A DNA stretch of 64,000 nt from Lama guanicoe (Eukaryota). The translations under genes and the position numbers were made by a program. Under the pieces are notes generated by a model. That model saw nothing but the letters and a program-made list of their open reading frames with translations. It had not been told where the DNA came from and searched no databases. Below are positions 50,180 through 62,980 of this stretch, piece by piece. Within the stretch, counting starts at the first letter, position 1. Each line of letters begins with the position of its first letter. The stretch lies in contig MU053559.1 in the NCBI GenBank assembly GCA_013239625.1, positions 1,565,003 to 1,629,002 on the forward strand, written 5' to 3'.

Positions 50180-50545
50180 GCCCTACGGTACTCAGAGCAC
50201 ACGTTCCATCTTCAAGGTCACCTCATGGGCCAAGTTGGCAGGTGGTGCTTCAGCCATTAAGTCTGTTTTGCAGGCTGGAAGACAGGAAAAAAAAAAAGAG
50301 GTAGAACAAAGGGTCATATATTGTTAAGGATCTGACCCGGAAGACCCACCCAGTGCTTCCATTTACATTTCACTGAACAGAACTTAATCCCATGGCCGTA
50401 CCTTGCTGCAAGGGAAGCTGAGATATTGTAGTTTTCTGTGTTTGCTTTTTAGCTGGGCACGTTGACTAGGTTTCAGTTACTAAGGAAGCAAAGGATAGAA
50501 GAAGGAGATATGGAAGGCTGGCTAGTTATCTCTGCCTCAGTTACA
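50180..50545 (-). mobile_element. MaLR LTR (MLT1J-like) fragment
   Basis: ccatcttcaaggtcacctcatgg...agaacttaatcccatggcc...gctgcaagggaagctgaga. Confidence 0.72.
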
Positions 50546-50669
50546 AACATGGCTCTTATTGAAACCATTACCACCAAGATGAGTTTGTAGAAGCTGATGA
50601 ATAAATATTGTACAAAGATTATTTGCATAAAGCTGGTCTTAATTTTTTCAGCAGAAAGCAAGAGAATAT

Positions 50670-51035
50670 CCTTTTTATTGAGTTAAACTCACATAACATA
50701 AAATTAACCACTTTAAAGTGAACAATTCAGTGGCATTTAGTGCATTCACAGTGTTGTGCAAGCAACACTTCCCTAGTTCTAAAACATTCACATCACCCCA
50801 AGGGAACTTGAACCATGTAAGCAGTTGCTTCCATTTTCCCCTTTCCCTCAGGCCCTGGTAACCACCAACTTTCATTCAGTCTCTATGGATTTACCTATTC
50901 TGTATATTTCATATGAATGGAATCATACAATATGTGACTTTTTGTGTCTGGCTTCCTTCACTTAGCATAACATCTTCAAAGTTCACACATGTTGTAACAC
51001 ATGTCAGTACTGTGTTTCTTTTTTATGGCTGAACA
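50670..51035 (-). mobile_element. L1MB-like 3' end
   Basis: ttttattgagttaaactcacataacataaaattaaccactttaaagtgaacaattcagtggcatttagt... Confidence 0.87.
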
Positions 51036-51470
51036 CAGGAGGAAAATCCTCTTAGCAGATACGGTACCTGCCTCCCTCCATGCCACATTCTAAACAAAGG
51101 ATCTAGCAAAAATCAGTTGCCTTTTAATTCTGTATAATATTCCTGAACAGTCTTACTAAAGCAGACATTGAATAAGTCCTGAGACCTTGTTCTAAGTACC
51201 CTCTTCATAGCAAATAGATCCTTGATTTTCTATAAAGCAACAGGTTCACAGCTGCACTAAACCAATTGTGACAAACCTGTTGCTTGTTTTCCTAGCCTCT
51301 CTTGCAGCTGGAGGTGTCAATGTAAGCTCTGAGCAACGAGATCCAAGCTGAAGTTTGCTGGGCCTCAAGGAGATAGGTCTGGAGAAGCTTTGCTCTTGAT
51401 CAAAGGCAAGAGGCGGCAGGGACCTTCTCCCATCTTCCTGCTCTGAACCTAGACTTGATGATTGGAGCTG

Positions 51471-52235
51471 TGTTACTGACCCGAACTTGGGTCCATTCAC
51501 CCACTGTGCAGGAAAGCCAATTTACTGACACTGGATTGTGGTGAAGGAAAGTATAGCATTTATTGCAGGGTGCCAAGCAAGGAGAATGGCAGCTCATGCT
51601 CAAAAGGCCCAAACTCCCCAGTGGCTTTTAGGGAAGGGGTTTTAAAGGCAACATTTAGGGTGAGGTTTGAAGCTTGTGGACTTTCTTCTGATTGTTTGGT
51701 GGTGTTTCAAAGTGATGTTTCAGGAATCGTAATCATCAGCCTTCTGGATCCAGCCAGTCTGGGGTCTACATGTTTGTGCTCAGTGAGAAGTCATCATCCT
51801 CCATCTGGGTTGGGGGGCAGTCTTAGTTCCTTTAGAACAACTCAGAGATAAATATCAGATTGTTATGTATATTCCTTGAGGAGGAACCAGGACTCTGTTT
51901 TTCACTAAACTATTGTTTAAGCTATCATTACTTTTCTCACTTAACTACTTTTCCTTTGTTTCTGTGTCCCCTCACTTCCCTAACTAGTATCTGCTTGTGC
52001 CTGCTCTTTGGAACTTGGGGAAGACCTAGGAGACTAAAGACATTTCTTACAAGCAAGAATTGGTGGACACAGAGTGGCTTTAGGGTCCTGCTTGGTTTTA
52101 GCCCCCCTTTTTCTTGAGGAGTATCCTCAATCCTGGGGGCAACAGGGGCATGACAAGGAAGGGGACAAAGTTTTGGATAGAGAGGTAAATCATAAACTCA
52201 GCAGAGGAACCCAGTAATAGGCGGACTCAGTTTCA
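51471..52235 (-). mobile_element. ERV1 solo LTR (765 bp) with exact 4-bp TSD (GCTG), inserted in an older LTR
   Basis: tgttactgac...tttatt...cagtttca; gctg at 51467-51470 and 52236-52239. Confidence 0.9.
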
Positions 52236-52452
52236 GCTGCAGTATTTGTCTCTCAATCAGAAAACCTTGGCTATGTGAACATGCGGTCCTTACATCCTTG
52301 AGGCATTGAATCTGTATGAGCAGCTTCCCACAGACAGAACCCCTGTTATATGATTAAGATGAACTCCTATTTGCTTCAGCCATTGGGAGACAGGTTTTTC
52401 TCCTACTTACAGCAAAAGTATTTCTGATAAACCTGCTGAGTTCCTTTTAATT

Positions 52453-53032
52453 TTTTTTTACATTTTTTATTGAGTTATAGTCATTTTACAGTATTGTGTC
52501 AGATTCCAGTGTAGAGCACAATTTTTTCAGTTATACATGAACATACATATATTCATTGTCACATTTGTTTTTTCACTGTGAGCTACCACAAAATCTTGTA
52601 TATATTTCCCTGTGCTATACAGTATAATCTTGTTTCTCTATTCTACATATGCCTGTCAGTATCTACAAATTTTGAAATCCCAGTCTGTTCCTTCCCACCA
52701 CCCACCTCCTTGGCAACCACAAGTTTGTGTTCTATGTCTATGAGTCTGTTTCTGCTTTGTATTTATGTTCATTTTATTTTTTTAGATTCCACATATAAGT
52801 GATCTCATATGGTATTTTTCTTTCTCTTTCTGGCTTACTTCACTTAGAATGACATTGTCCAGGGACATACATGTTGCTGCAAAAGGTGTTATGTTGTCCT
52901 TTTTATGGCTGAGTAGTATTCCATCGTATAAATATACCACATCTTCTTTATCCAGTCATCTGTTGATGGACATTTAGGTTGCTTGCATGTCTTGGCTATT
53001 GTAAATAGTGCTGCTATGAACATAGGGGTGCA
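52453..53032 (-). mobile_element. Young L1 3'UTR with 15-bp TSD
   Basis: TSD gagttccttttaatt at 52438-52452 and 53033-53047. Confidence 0.93.
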
Positions 53033-54614
53033 GAGTTCCTTTTAATTGATGAGTTTTCCCATACATATCAGAGGCAAAAGTTTACAGCCACTATGAAGTC
53101 TGTGGAGGGGTCTCCTAAGATATATTGTGGCTAACCTCTGAGTACAGTCTGAAGCAGCACTTTTCTTACATGGCTACTGAATCATAAACATACAGTCTGC
53201 GAGGTTTTTTATAGGCATGAAGGCAGTGGTACCTGGATCTTCCCCATGTCCTTCTGCCCATTTGCATTGAGAAAAGGATCATCTATTTATAGCTGTGGCA
53301 GTCAACACATCCACGGAAGTTCCCCATGGGCTGTCCGACCTTAGCTGTCATCAACTCACAGAGTGGTGCCCTGCAGCCATCCTTGGATGGAAGCCCAAAT
53401 TTGGAGGATGCTAAAAGGAGCTTAAAAAATGCAATACCTACATTTTGCTTAATGTCGTGAGACAGGAGCAGGCAGATAGAAGGGACAAACCTGAACTGTT
53501 AACAAAAGGTTTAAGGCATATCTACAGTTCATAATAGGCTCTTTTTAAATTTTAAAACATCTTGATAATAAGGGCATTCTCTCCAGCATTTGCTTAACTA
53601 TTTTCAGATTACTTTAAGATAATTAAAAAGGAATCTGGAGGTTTCCCAAGGCTTTGCTTAGATGCCTCGCATTTAGAGGAATCTCAATGAGTTTAATGAG
53701 AAACAGAAAAATATGAGTGCCTAGAAATGACTTTGCTTTTTTTCTAGAGAATCTGAACTGAGAGTGAATTTGAATTGGGAGGGATTTTTGGCCTTTGGAA
53801 ATAGAGTAAAGAATGAAGTACTGTGATTTGGGGATGATGAAATTGCTGGGGGGACAAAAAGCCCAAACCTTTTCTTTTATATTTAAAAGTACTTTTATTT
53901 AATTTGGAACATGTTATAAGGGTATTATAGCATTAAATTTATAAAAGATATTTAAATCCTTTCAGTTCCCCAAGCCTGCACACATTTACTGACACAGATC
54001 AAGAGGCTCTTGCCAGTTGATAGTCCATGGAAACAAATCAACAGAAGTAAGAAGGGGACAGAAAATATATTACACAAAAGCAAATGATAACTAAAAAGAT
54101 ATGAATTCTAAATAAAGTAGATGATCAAAAATCCACATGGGGTACCTTGGGAAAATATAGAATTCACAAAATGACTTCCAATTAAATTGCATACATGTAT
54201 ATGGCTAAACATTTTTTAAAAACATAGCCTCTGCTTTATTTATATATGTTTAATCATTTATTCAGCAAATGTTTTTGAACATCGATGATGTTCAAAAAAT
54301 TAGATAATTTGATACAACATGGAAAGGGTCCTATTACAAGTAACCACAAGGTGTTATGGGAAAATATAGGAAGTAGCCAAGTTAAGGAGGCTTCTTAGAG
54401 TAGGTAGCAGCTGAACTGGGCAGCAGGTGTTGTGTCAAAATGAATAGTAAGGCAGAAAGAGGAGCATATTCAGCAGCCAGAGGAGCACGATTTCTTGATG
54501 CTCTTAGGGAAGAGTGAGAGAGTAGGGGCCATGGCTAGAGATGAATCTAGACAGGTGGGCAGGGGACAAATCACAAATGAATTAGTCAGGATAGGCTAGA
54601 TTGTACTGTGGTAA

Positions 54615-55553
54615 TGTTACCAAATGCAAGTTCGTGTGCTCAATGCACAGTGGGGCCCCAAAACCCCAAAACGTTGGAGTTTGGAGCAGAGAAAGTTTTT
54701 TTTGCAGGTCCAAGCAAGGAGAAGAGGTAGCTCGTGCTCAAACCCCCCTGAACTCCCTGATAGTTTTGGGGGAGAAGTTTTTATAGTCAAATCTTGGGGT
54801 GAGGGCTGCAAGGTGTGTGACTTTCTTCTGATTGTTGATGGGGAGGTAAGGGGGTGGTGCTCCAGGAATCTTGCGCCCTGCCTGAAGTTGCCATCCTCCA
54901 CCTTGGCTTCGTGCAGGAAAGAATTCAAGAGTGAGCCATAGAACAGTGAAAGCAAGTTTATTTAGAGAGATACACATTCCATAGACAGACTGTGGTCTGT
55001 CTCAGAAGGGAGAGTGGCCCCGGGGTGTCAGGTGGTTAGTTTTTATGGGCTGGGTAATTTCATATGCTAACAAGTGGAAGGATTATTCCAACTACTCTGG
55101 AGAAGGGGCTGGGATTCCTAGGAAATGGGCCATCACTCACTTTTTGACCTTTTAGGGTCAGCCTTGAAATTGTCCTGGCACCTGTGGGAGTATCATGTAG
55201 CAGCTGTTGTATTTCAATAAGTGTGTAATGAAGCTCAAGTCCATAATTTCATATGCTAACAAGTGGAAGGATTATTCCAGTTGTTTTGGAGAAGGCGCAG
55301 GGATTTCCAGGAATTGGGCCCCCACCTACTTTTTGGCCTTTTATGGTCAGCCTGGGAACTGTCATGACACATGTGGGTGTGTCATTTAGCATGCTAATGT
55401 ATTTCAATGAGTTTATAATGAGGCTCAAGGTCTACTGGAAGTCAAATCTTCCACCATCTTGGATCTAGTTGGTTCTAACTAGTATCTGTCCTGTCCTCAA
55501 TGGCTGTGTCATTCTTTTAGTGGTTGTGCCCTTCCTGTTTCCCTCCTGTCTCA
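54615..55553 (-). mobile_element. Chimeric ERV1 LTR (two families) with a 189-bp internal duplication
   Basis: 54615-~54903 resembles 51471-52235; ~54904-55553 resembles 44512-44992; repeat units start at 55055 and 55244. Confidence 0.85.
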
Positions 55554-56325
55554 ATTTCATTGGCCCAAGTGAGTCCTAACGCCACCACAAACTTCACAGA
55601 GGTGAAAACTGCAAACCTCTCAGTGTTCAGAAGGAGAAGGGAGTCAGACATATTGGGGAGCACAAGCAAAGTCTACCATAGGCCTTATGTACCATGCTTA
55701 GGAATTCTGAATTTATCCTCAAATGCAGGCACAATTCCAAGCAGAGACAAAACAAACACGAGGGACTCAGGATCAGCTGTACCACTGGTTGCTCTCTGAT
55801 TTTATAGTGTGTCTTCAGAGTCAGGATCCAGTCCGGAAAACAGAACCAGTGGCCGTTTCAACAGCAGAGCTGTGATATAGGGAAAAGATGGGGTTACCAG
55901 AACCTGGGGGTTCAGAGAAGATACCCTGCGGAATTGATATTTGGGCCTCCTGGGAGGCCTGGTTGCTGCTGCTGAGGCTGGTTGTGGAAGCTCTGAAGGG
56001 AGCTGGAGTCTGGAGCAACTGCTGCCTCTGGGGCAGAGCCATCAGGAAGGAAGGCCCGCGCCCCTCTCGCTGCCGTCCCATGAAGGCCTCCCATTGGCAG
56101 AAGCTAAAAAGATAGCCTGCCGTGGTCCTAGCTTCTCTCACAGGCCCCTGAACCAACCCCCCACCCCGCCCCCAGTCATCTCTCAAACTCCCTTCTTCCT
56201 TATCTCTCCATCCTTGGGGTCTGCCACTTGCTACTCTCTAGGGGTACATCATGTTCCCTAATTTGTGTCCCAGCTTTTCGATCCCTTTTATCACCAATTA
56301 TCTCCATCAAATTTCCTCTGTTGAA

Positions 56326-56454
56326 CAAAGGTCCTACTGTAGAGCACAAGGAACTATATTCAATAGCTTGTAACAACCTATAATGGAAAAGAACATGAAA
56401 AACAATATATATAAACTAACAAACATTGTAAACTGGCTATACCTTAATAAAAAA
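56326..56454 (+). mobile_element. Short L1 3' end with TSD
   Basis: TSD aaatt(t)cctctgttgaa at 56309-56325 and 56455-56470. Confidence 0.9.
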
Positions 56455-56999
56455 AAATTCCTCTGTTGAAAACCCTCAAAGTCCTTTTTGTTTTTCTTAT
56501 TAAATCCTCAATAAATTAGTAACTTCCAGCATCTTTGTGAAAACCTATCATGGAGTTAATTTTGGACACGTGATCTCCAGTTCTAGAAAAACAGGCCCTT
56601 CACCACGATGCTAAAGTTTATACCCTTAGACTTCATAGTACCCTGTGGGTGTGCCTGGACTTAAGGGTTCAGCTTCCCTTCCCTGTCACATTCTGCCACA
56701 TTTCAGGGTAACTGAACTTAGAATATATCTCTTGGGGACTTTTTTTCAAATCTTGGTTTTTTTTTTTCCAGTTTTGTTGAGATCTAATTGACATACATCA
56801 CTGTATGAGTTTCAGGTGTACAGTGTAAAGATTTGATTTATATTGTGAAGTGTTTGGGGAACTTCTGGAGGTCTTGACCACGTCCTAAAAACTAATATAA
56901 AATTGAAGAATGTCCAAAAGTAACAAAAGAACTTGTTAACACATGACGGGGAGGAATTATTTAAATTAACACACAGAAAAATGTGTTTTTCATGTACAC

Positions 57000-59900
57000 T
57001 TGTATTAATTTAACATGTGTACAGATTCATATAACTTTTCACAATCAGGATACAGAACAATTCCATCACCCCCCAAATCTCCCTTGTGCTATCCCTTTAT
57101 AATTACACCCTGCCTCTCCCAGTAACTCCTGGCAACTACTGATCTGTTCTCCTTAACTATAGTTTTGTCATTTCAAGAATGTCCTAAAAACTAGATGATG
57201 GGGTGGAAGTGGTAGCTAACACTATGATGATAATCATTTTATAATTTATAAATGTATCAAATCAACACATTATACACCTCAACTTATACAATGTTATGTG
57301 TCAATTATATCTCAATAAAGCTGGGGGAAAAAGACAATGTCATAAAAATAGATTCATCCAGTATGCAGACTTTGAGACTGGTTTCCACTCAGCACAATGC
57401 CTTTGAGATTCATTCAGGCTGTTAGGTGTATCAATTGTGCAGTCCTTTTTTATTGCTGAGTAGTATTCCATTGTATGATGTACTAAAGTTTGTTAATCCA
57501 TTCACTCACTGAAGGACATTTGGGTTGTTTCCAGTTTGGGGAGGTATTATAAATAAAGCTTCGATTAACTTTATATACAGGTTTTTGTATGAACATAAAT
57601 TTCATTCCTCTTGAATATATGCCTAGGAGTGTGACTGCTTGCTCTTATGGGTAAATACATGTTAATTTTAAAAGGAACTGCCAAACTGTTTTCCAGAGTG
57701 ATTGTACCAGTTTGCATTCCCACCAGCAGTGGGCAGAGTTCCAGGTACTCTGTATTCTCGCCTTCTCTTGGTATTGACAGCATTTTTTATTTAAGCCATT
57801 CGAACGGGTGGTAATCATGGTATTCATTTTCATTTTGCTAATGGCTCATGATGTTAAATGTTTTTTCATGTCATTATTTGTTATCTACATGATCTCTTTG
57901 GTGAAGTGTCTGTTGAAGTCTTTTGCCCATTTTTAAACTGAGTTCATTTTTTAGGCCCAATTATTTCATACCATTTGTTGAAAAGAATGTGCTTTCTCTA
58001 TTGAATTGCTGCTGTACTTTTGTCAAAAGTCAACTGACCATATTTTGTCTGTAGGCCTATTTCTGGACTCTGTTCTATTTCATTGATCTGTATATCTATT
58101 CCTTCACCAACAATACCTTGCATTGATTGCTTTATGCCTTATTACTTAATACAATAGCTTTATAAGTCTTAAATTGGGTAGTATGTGGTCTTCAGTTTTA
58201 GTCTTCTTTTTAAAATTTATTTTGACTCTTCTAGTTACTTTGACTTTCTTATTAATTTTAGATTTTCCTTGTCTATATTTACGAAAAAATTCTGCATGGA
58301 TTTTAGCTGGAACTGCATTCAATCTGTACATCAGTTTGAGGGGAATTAACATCTTTGCTAGGTTTAGTCTTCGAATACATGAACATGGTATGTCTCTCCA
58401 TTTATTGAGGCCTTCTTTGGTTTCTTTCATCCGTATTTTGTAGTTTTCAGCATATAGATCCTGAACATGTTTTATTAAATTTATATTTATTTTCTTTTAT
58501 TTTCTCTTATTGTGAATGATATATTAAATATTTTTCATTTCAACGTGCACATCCTGCCTCTTTTTGAGTTTCTTTGAACATTTTTTAGTATTCCATTTAT
58601 CTATTGCATTTTACTTTTATCTCTTTGTATATTCTAGGGAATATAACATACACACTTAAGTGTTTACAACCTCTACCTAGAATCAGTATTTTAACCATTC
58701 AAGTGGAATATAGAAACCATACTAACACATAGGTCCCTTTATGTTATGGTTGTTTGTGTATTACACCTACATACCCTGAAAATCCCATTAGAACATGTTA
58801 CAATTTTTGTTTTCAATCAGAGAGCCTATTTTAAAGAACTGGTGAAGAGAAGAACTTCTGTTAGTCATCCTTTTATAGCAGGCCTGCTGGCAATGGATTC
58901 TCTCAGTTTGCCTTCTTTGGAGAATGTCTTTATTTCACTGCTATTTTTGCGGGATACATTCTTTTGGGTTGGCCATTCTTAGAGCACTTTAAAAAGGTTG
59001 CGCCCTTCCTTATGACCTCCTTGGTTTCTGATGAGAAATCCATAGTCATTTGAATTGTCCTTATTCTAAATGTAATGGGCTATTTTTCTCTTTCTGATAT
59101 AAATACGTTTTGTCTTTCTATTCAGTTTGAATATAATTTGTGTGGGCGTTGATTCTTTTGAGTTTGTCCTGTTTGGAGTTTTCCGAGGTTCTTGAATCTG
59201 CAGGTTTATTTCTTTTGCTAACTTTGGAATGTTTTTTGTTATTATGTGTTTACATTCTTTTTTCCGTATCACATCCTGTCTTGGGACTCCAAACACATGA
59301 ATGTTAGATCTTTTGTTATTACCCTTCAGGTTCTTGTGGCTATGTTAATTTATTTCTCATTTTTTCCTCTCTGTTGTTCAAGTTGGATACTTTCTATTGA
59401 TCTATCTTCAAATTTTCTGACTTTTCCAGCTTCATTTTGCTACTGAGCCCATTTAATCATCTTTTAAATTTCAGTTATTGTATTTTTCAGTTATAACATT
59501 CCAGTTTGGTTCTTCTTTTATCTTTTACTCCTTTGCTGAGATTTTCCGTCTTTATATTCATTTCAAGATTGATTGTTTTAAATTGTTGGAGCATTTTTTA
59601 TAATAGCTGCTTTGAAGTCTGTTTTAGATAAGTCCAACATCTGTGTCATGGTTCATCGCACGTTGGTGTCTATTTTGATTGCCTTTTCAATAGGCAATCA
59701 ATCATTGAGATTTTCACGGTTTTTTGGGTGCTAAATAATTTTGGGCTGCAGTCTGGATGTTTTAAATATTATGTTGTAGGGCCTTGTATCTTATTTTAAT
59801 CCTACGGAGGAATGTTCATATTTTTGTTTAAGCTTGTAGTCCACCTGATTGGGTTCAGATTATAAGTTCTGACCTGCCTTTTGTGGATCATGGCTCCAAA

Positions 59901-60780
59901 GTCAATTCAATTTTCAAAACTTTCGCAGTGCTATTTAGAGCTTTCTCACATGTGTTTTAGCCGGTGGCTAGTCTAGGATCTGGGTGGTGATCGGTTTCTT
60001 ACTTCAGTTACCACAGTCTTTGGTATGCTATTTAGGGTCAGATCCACATGCAGGTTGGGGTGAATCCAGGAGCTCATAAAACAATATTATAGGGTTGTTT
60101 TCCCAAGCTCCTCCCTCTCCACAGTCTCCCTGGTACTTTGCAGTTCCTTGGAGTTCCCATTTTTGATTCTTTGGTAAGAAATCTGAGTCTTTATTCCTCT
60201 CTGCTGTGCACTTCCTGCAACTTTGCCCATGTCTGGGGCCAAGTAGTAGGGAGGCAAGAGAGAGAAAAAAATATATAGAAGGTTACCCCCACTGCTTTGG
60301 GACTGTAGCTGCTCTAATCAGAGAGGAAAGATCCCCCTTCCCTCATCATTTGAGGCACTTGAGAGCACTGCTCCCTTCATTGCCACGGTTGACTCAGCTG
60401 TCATGGAGGGGTTGCCTATTGGCTAGGGTGCAAGAGAATGGAGAAAAGAAAAAATAATTTACTTTCCCATTTTCTCTGAACATTATGAGATCTATTTCCT
60501 GCTCTTCCTTGTGTGCTTTCTGTCCATGTCAATGTCCCCTGCTGGATTTCAGGCTGCCTTGAGCCCAGGCCAGTGGTTACTGGAGGGAAGAAAAAAATGG
60601 TAAAATCACTGCCAGTTGTTTGCCTTCAAATTCTGATATTTTTTTCTTAACTTATCTGGTACACTGTATTTTTTAGAGTCCTCAGGAAGCACGCATTCTG
60701 TTCAGGTTTTATAGCTGCATTCAGTGGGCTCAGAGAACGGGTTGAGTGTGATTATTCTGTGTTAACTGGAATCAGAACCC
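57000..60780 (-). mobile_element. Old L1 (L1MC/MD-like), internally deleted: 5'UTR, ORF1, ORF2 C-part, 3'UTR; nested plus-strand L1 end at ~57190-57332
   Basis: ORF1-like IPKLAKEINLQIQE..KTPNR (59066-59296); ORF2-like LNKWRDIPCS..RLN (58146-58430); [17 protein letters not shown]. Confidence 0.82.
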
Positions 60781-61249
60781 TTGTACCGTATATGTTAGTT
60801 TTCATATATAGATATGTATAGATAATGGAGTGTTTTCTTTGGTGTATATTTATGAATAAGTGGGATTCATCTTTTCATACGCTACCTGAGGAAACCACTT
60901 TATACTATAAATACTCTTCTGGTTATTTATTGCTGTGGAAGAAATCACCCTCAAATTTAGTAGCTTAAAAATAACATAAGTCATTGTATTATTATGTCCT
61001 AGACTCAAGCAGTGATTGGGCTCAGTTAGGTGGTTCTTCCTTGTGTGGGGGGAGTCCACTCATATGTTTAACAGTAAAACGGTGGCTGGGAATGAAATAA
61101 TCTGAAAGATTCAGATTCATTCCGTCATGTGTGTGGCATTTGGTCTGGGAACATTCAAAAAGCTGGGGTTTCTGTGGTATCTGTCTCTACTGCTCTGTGT
61201 GTCTCTCCATGGTTTCTCCAGCATGGAAACTTAAAGGTAGATAGACTTC

Positions 61250-62980
61250 TTTTTTGATTTTTTCCAGATATGATTAACATATAACACTGTGTAAGTTTAA
61301 CGAATACAATGTGTTGATTTGATACATTTCTATGTTGCAATATCATTACCACCATAGCCTTAGCTCATACCTCCATCATGTCACATAATTATCCTTTTTT
61401 TTTTTTTGTGGTAAGAACCCTTAAGCTTTACTCTCTTAGCAACTTTCAAATGTATAGTACGGTATTATTACCTTTAATCACCATGCTGTATATTAGATCC
61501 CCAAAACTTGTTCATTTTATAACTGGAGGTTTGTACTCCTTGACCAATCTCTCTCCATCTTCCCCCGCCCCCTGCCACTGGTAACCACCATTATGCTCTC
61601 TGTTTCTACGAATTTGGCTTTCTTTATTTAAAATTTTTATTTATTTTTCCTTTCTTTTTTTATTGAAGTATAGATGATTTACAATGTTGTGTTAGTTTCT
61701 GGTGTACAACATAGTGATTCAGTTTATATATATATATATATTTTTCATTATAGGTTATTACAAGCTACTGAATATAGTTCCCTGTGCTATATAGTAGGAC
61801 CTTGGTGTTTATCTGTTTTGTATAGAGTAGTTTGTATTTGCTAATCCCAAACTTCTAATTTATCTCTCCCCTGACCAAATTTGGCTTTTTAAGAGTCCAC
61901 ATATAAGCAAGATCATAAGTATTTGTTTTTCTCTGTCTGACTAATTTCACTTAGCATAATGCCCTCAAAGTCCATCCATGTTGTTGCAAATGGCAGGATT
62001 TCCTTCTTTCTCATGGCTGAATAATATTCCAATAATATTCCATCCCACACACACATACATACATATACCACATGCATGTACATATATACACACCCCCCCC
62101 ACAACTTCTTTATCCATTCGTATGTTGACAGACAATTTAGGTTGTTTTCGTATCTTTGCTCTTGTGACTAATGCTACAAAGAACAGGGAAGTGCAGCTAT
62201 CTCACCGAGATCCTGATTTCAATTCCTTTGGACATATGCCCAAGAATGGGATTGCTGGATCATATGGTAGTCTCATTTTCAGTTTTTTGAGGAACCGCCA
62301 TACCGTTTTCCATGGTGGGTGCACCAATTTACATTCCCACCAACAATGCACAAGGTGCGGTGCCAATTGGTGCCTGCCAAGGCCCTGTGACTCCCATTCC
62401 TGGACTCTCAGATGTCTGCAATCCCTCAAAAAACCCAAGTCCACTCTTTCCTAACAGTGTCTGCCTTAGCAGAATTAACAGCCCTGGGAAATGACTAGCC
62501 TCACCGTAGCTCAGGCAGACTTGTCTCAGCCCATATCTTCTCCTTATTGGAATCATAAATTCCATTACCTTGCTTGTGTCAGCCCATGTCTCTTACTGGA
62601 GTCATAAATCCACTATCCTCCGGTATAGCAAAGCCCCTTACCTCACTTACAGCCAATCAGAAATCTGTTCTCCTATCCCTTTGTGTTCACAGCGCCTTCC
62701 TCTATAAAAGACCCTGCACATTCACAATCGGTGGACACGCAAGCACCTCTTGCCTGCACGGCCTGCTGTTGCCTGTAGCAGCGAACCTACGAAACTTTCC
62801 TTTATTCTTAAACTTTTCCTTGACTTTGGTAAACTCTTTTTACCACCGCAGACACCAGTCCTTCTGTGTGTCCCCCAACACAAGGGTTCCCTTTTCTCTA
62901 CATCCTCGCCAGCATTTGTTCTCTCTTGCCTTTTTGATAATAGCCACTCTGACAGCTGTGAGATGATATTTCATTATGGT
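61250..62980 (-). mobile_element. L1MA9-like 3' part with nested young L1 end (61622-61877) and an ERV LTR
   Basis: Nested TSD aatttggcttt at 61611-61621 and 61878-61888; [24 protein letters not shown]. Confidence 0.9.
62356..62880 (+). mobile_element. ERV solo LTR (525 bp) with exact 5-bp TSD (CAAGG)
   Basis: TG...CA ends; caagg at 62351-62355 and 62881-62885; CCAAT box (agccaatcag) and TATAAAA; host L1 rejoins across it. Confidence 0.9.
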
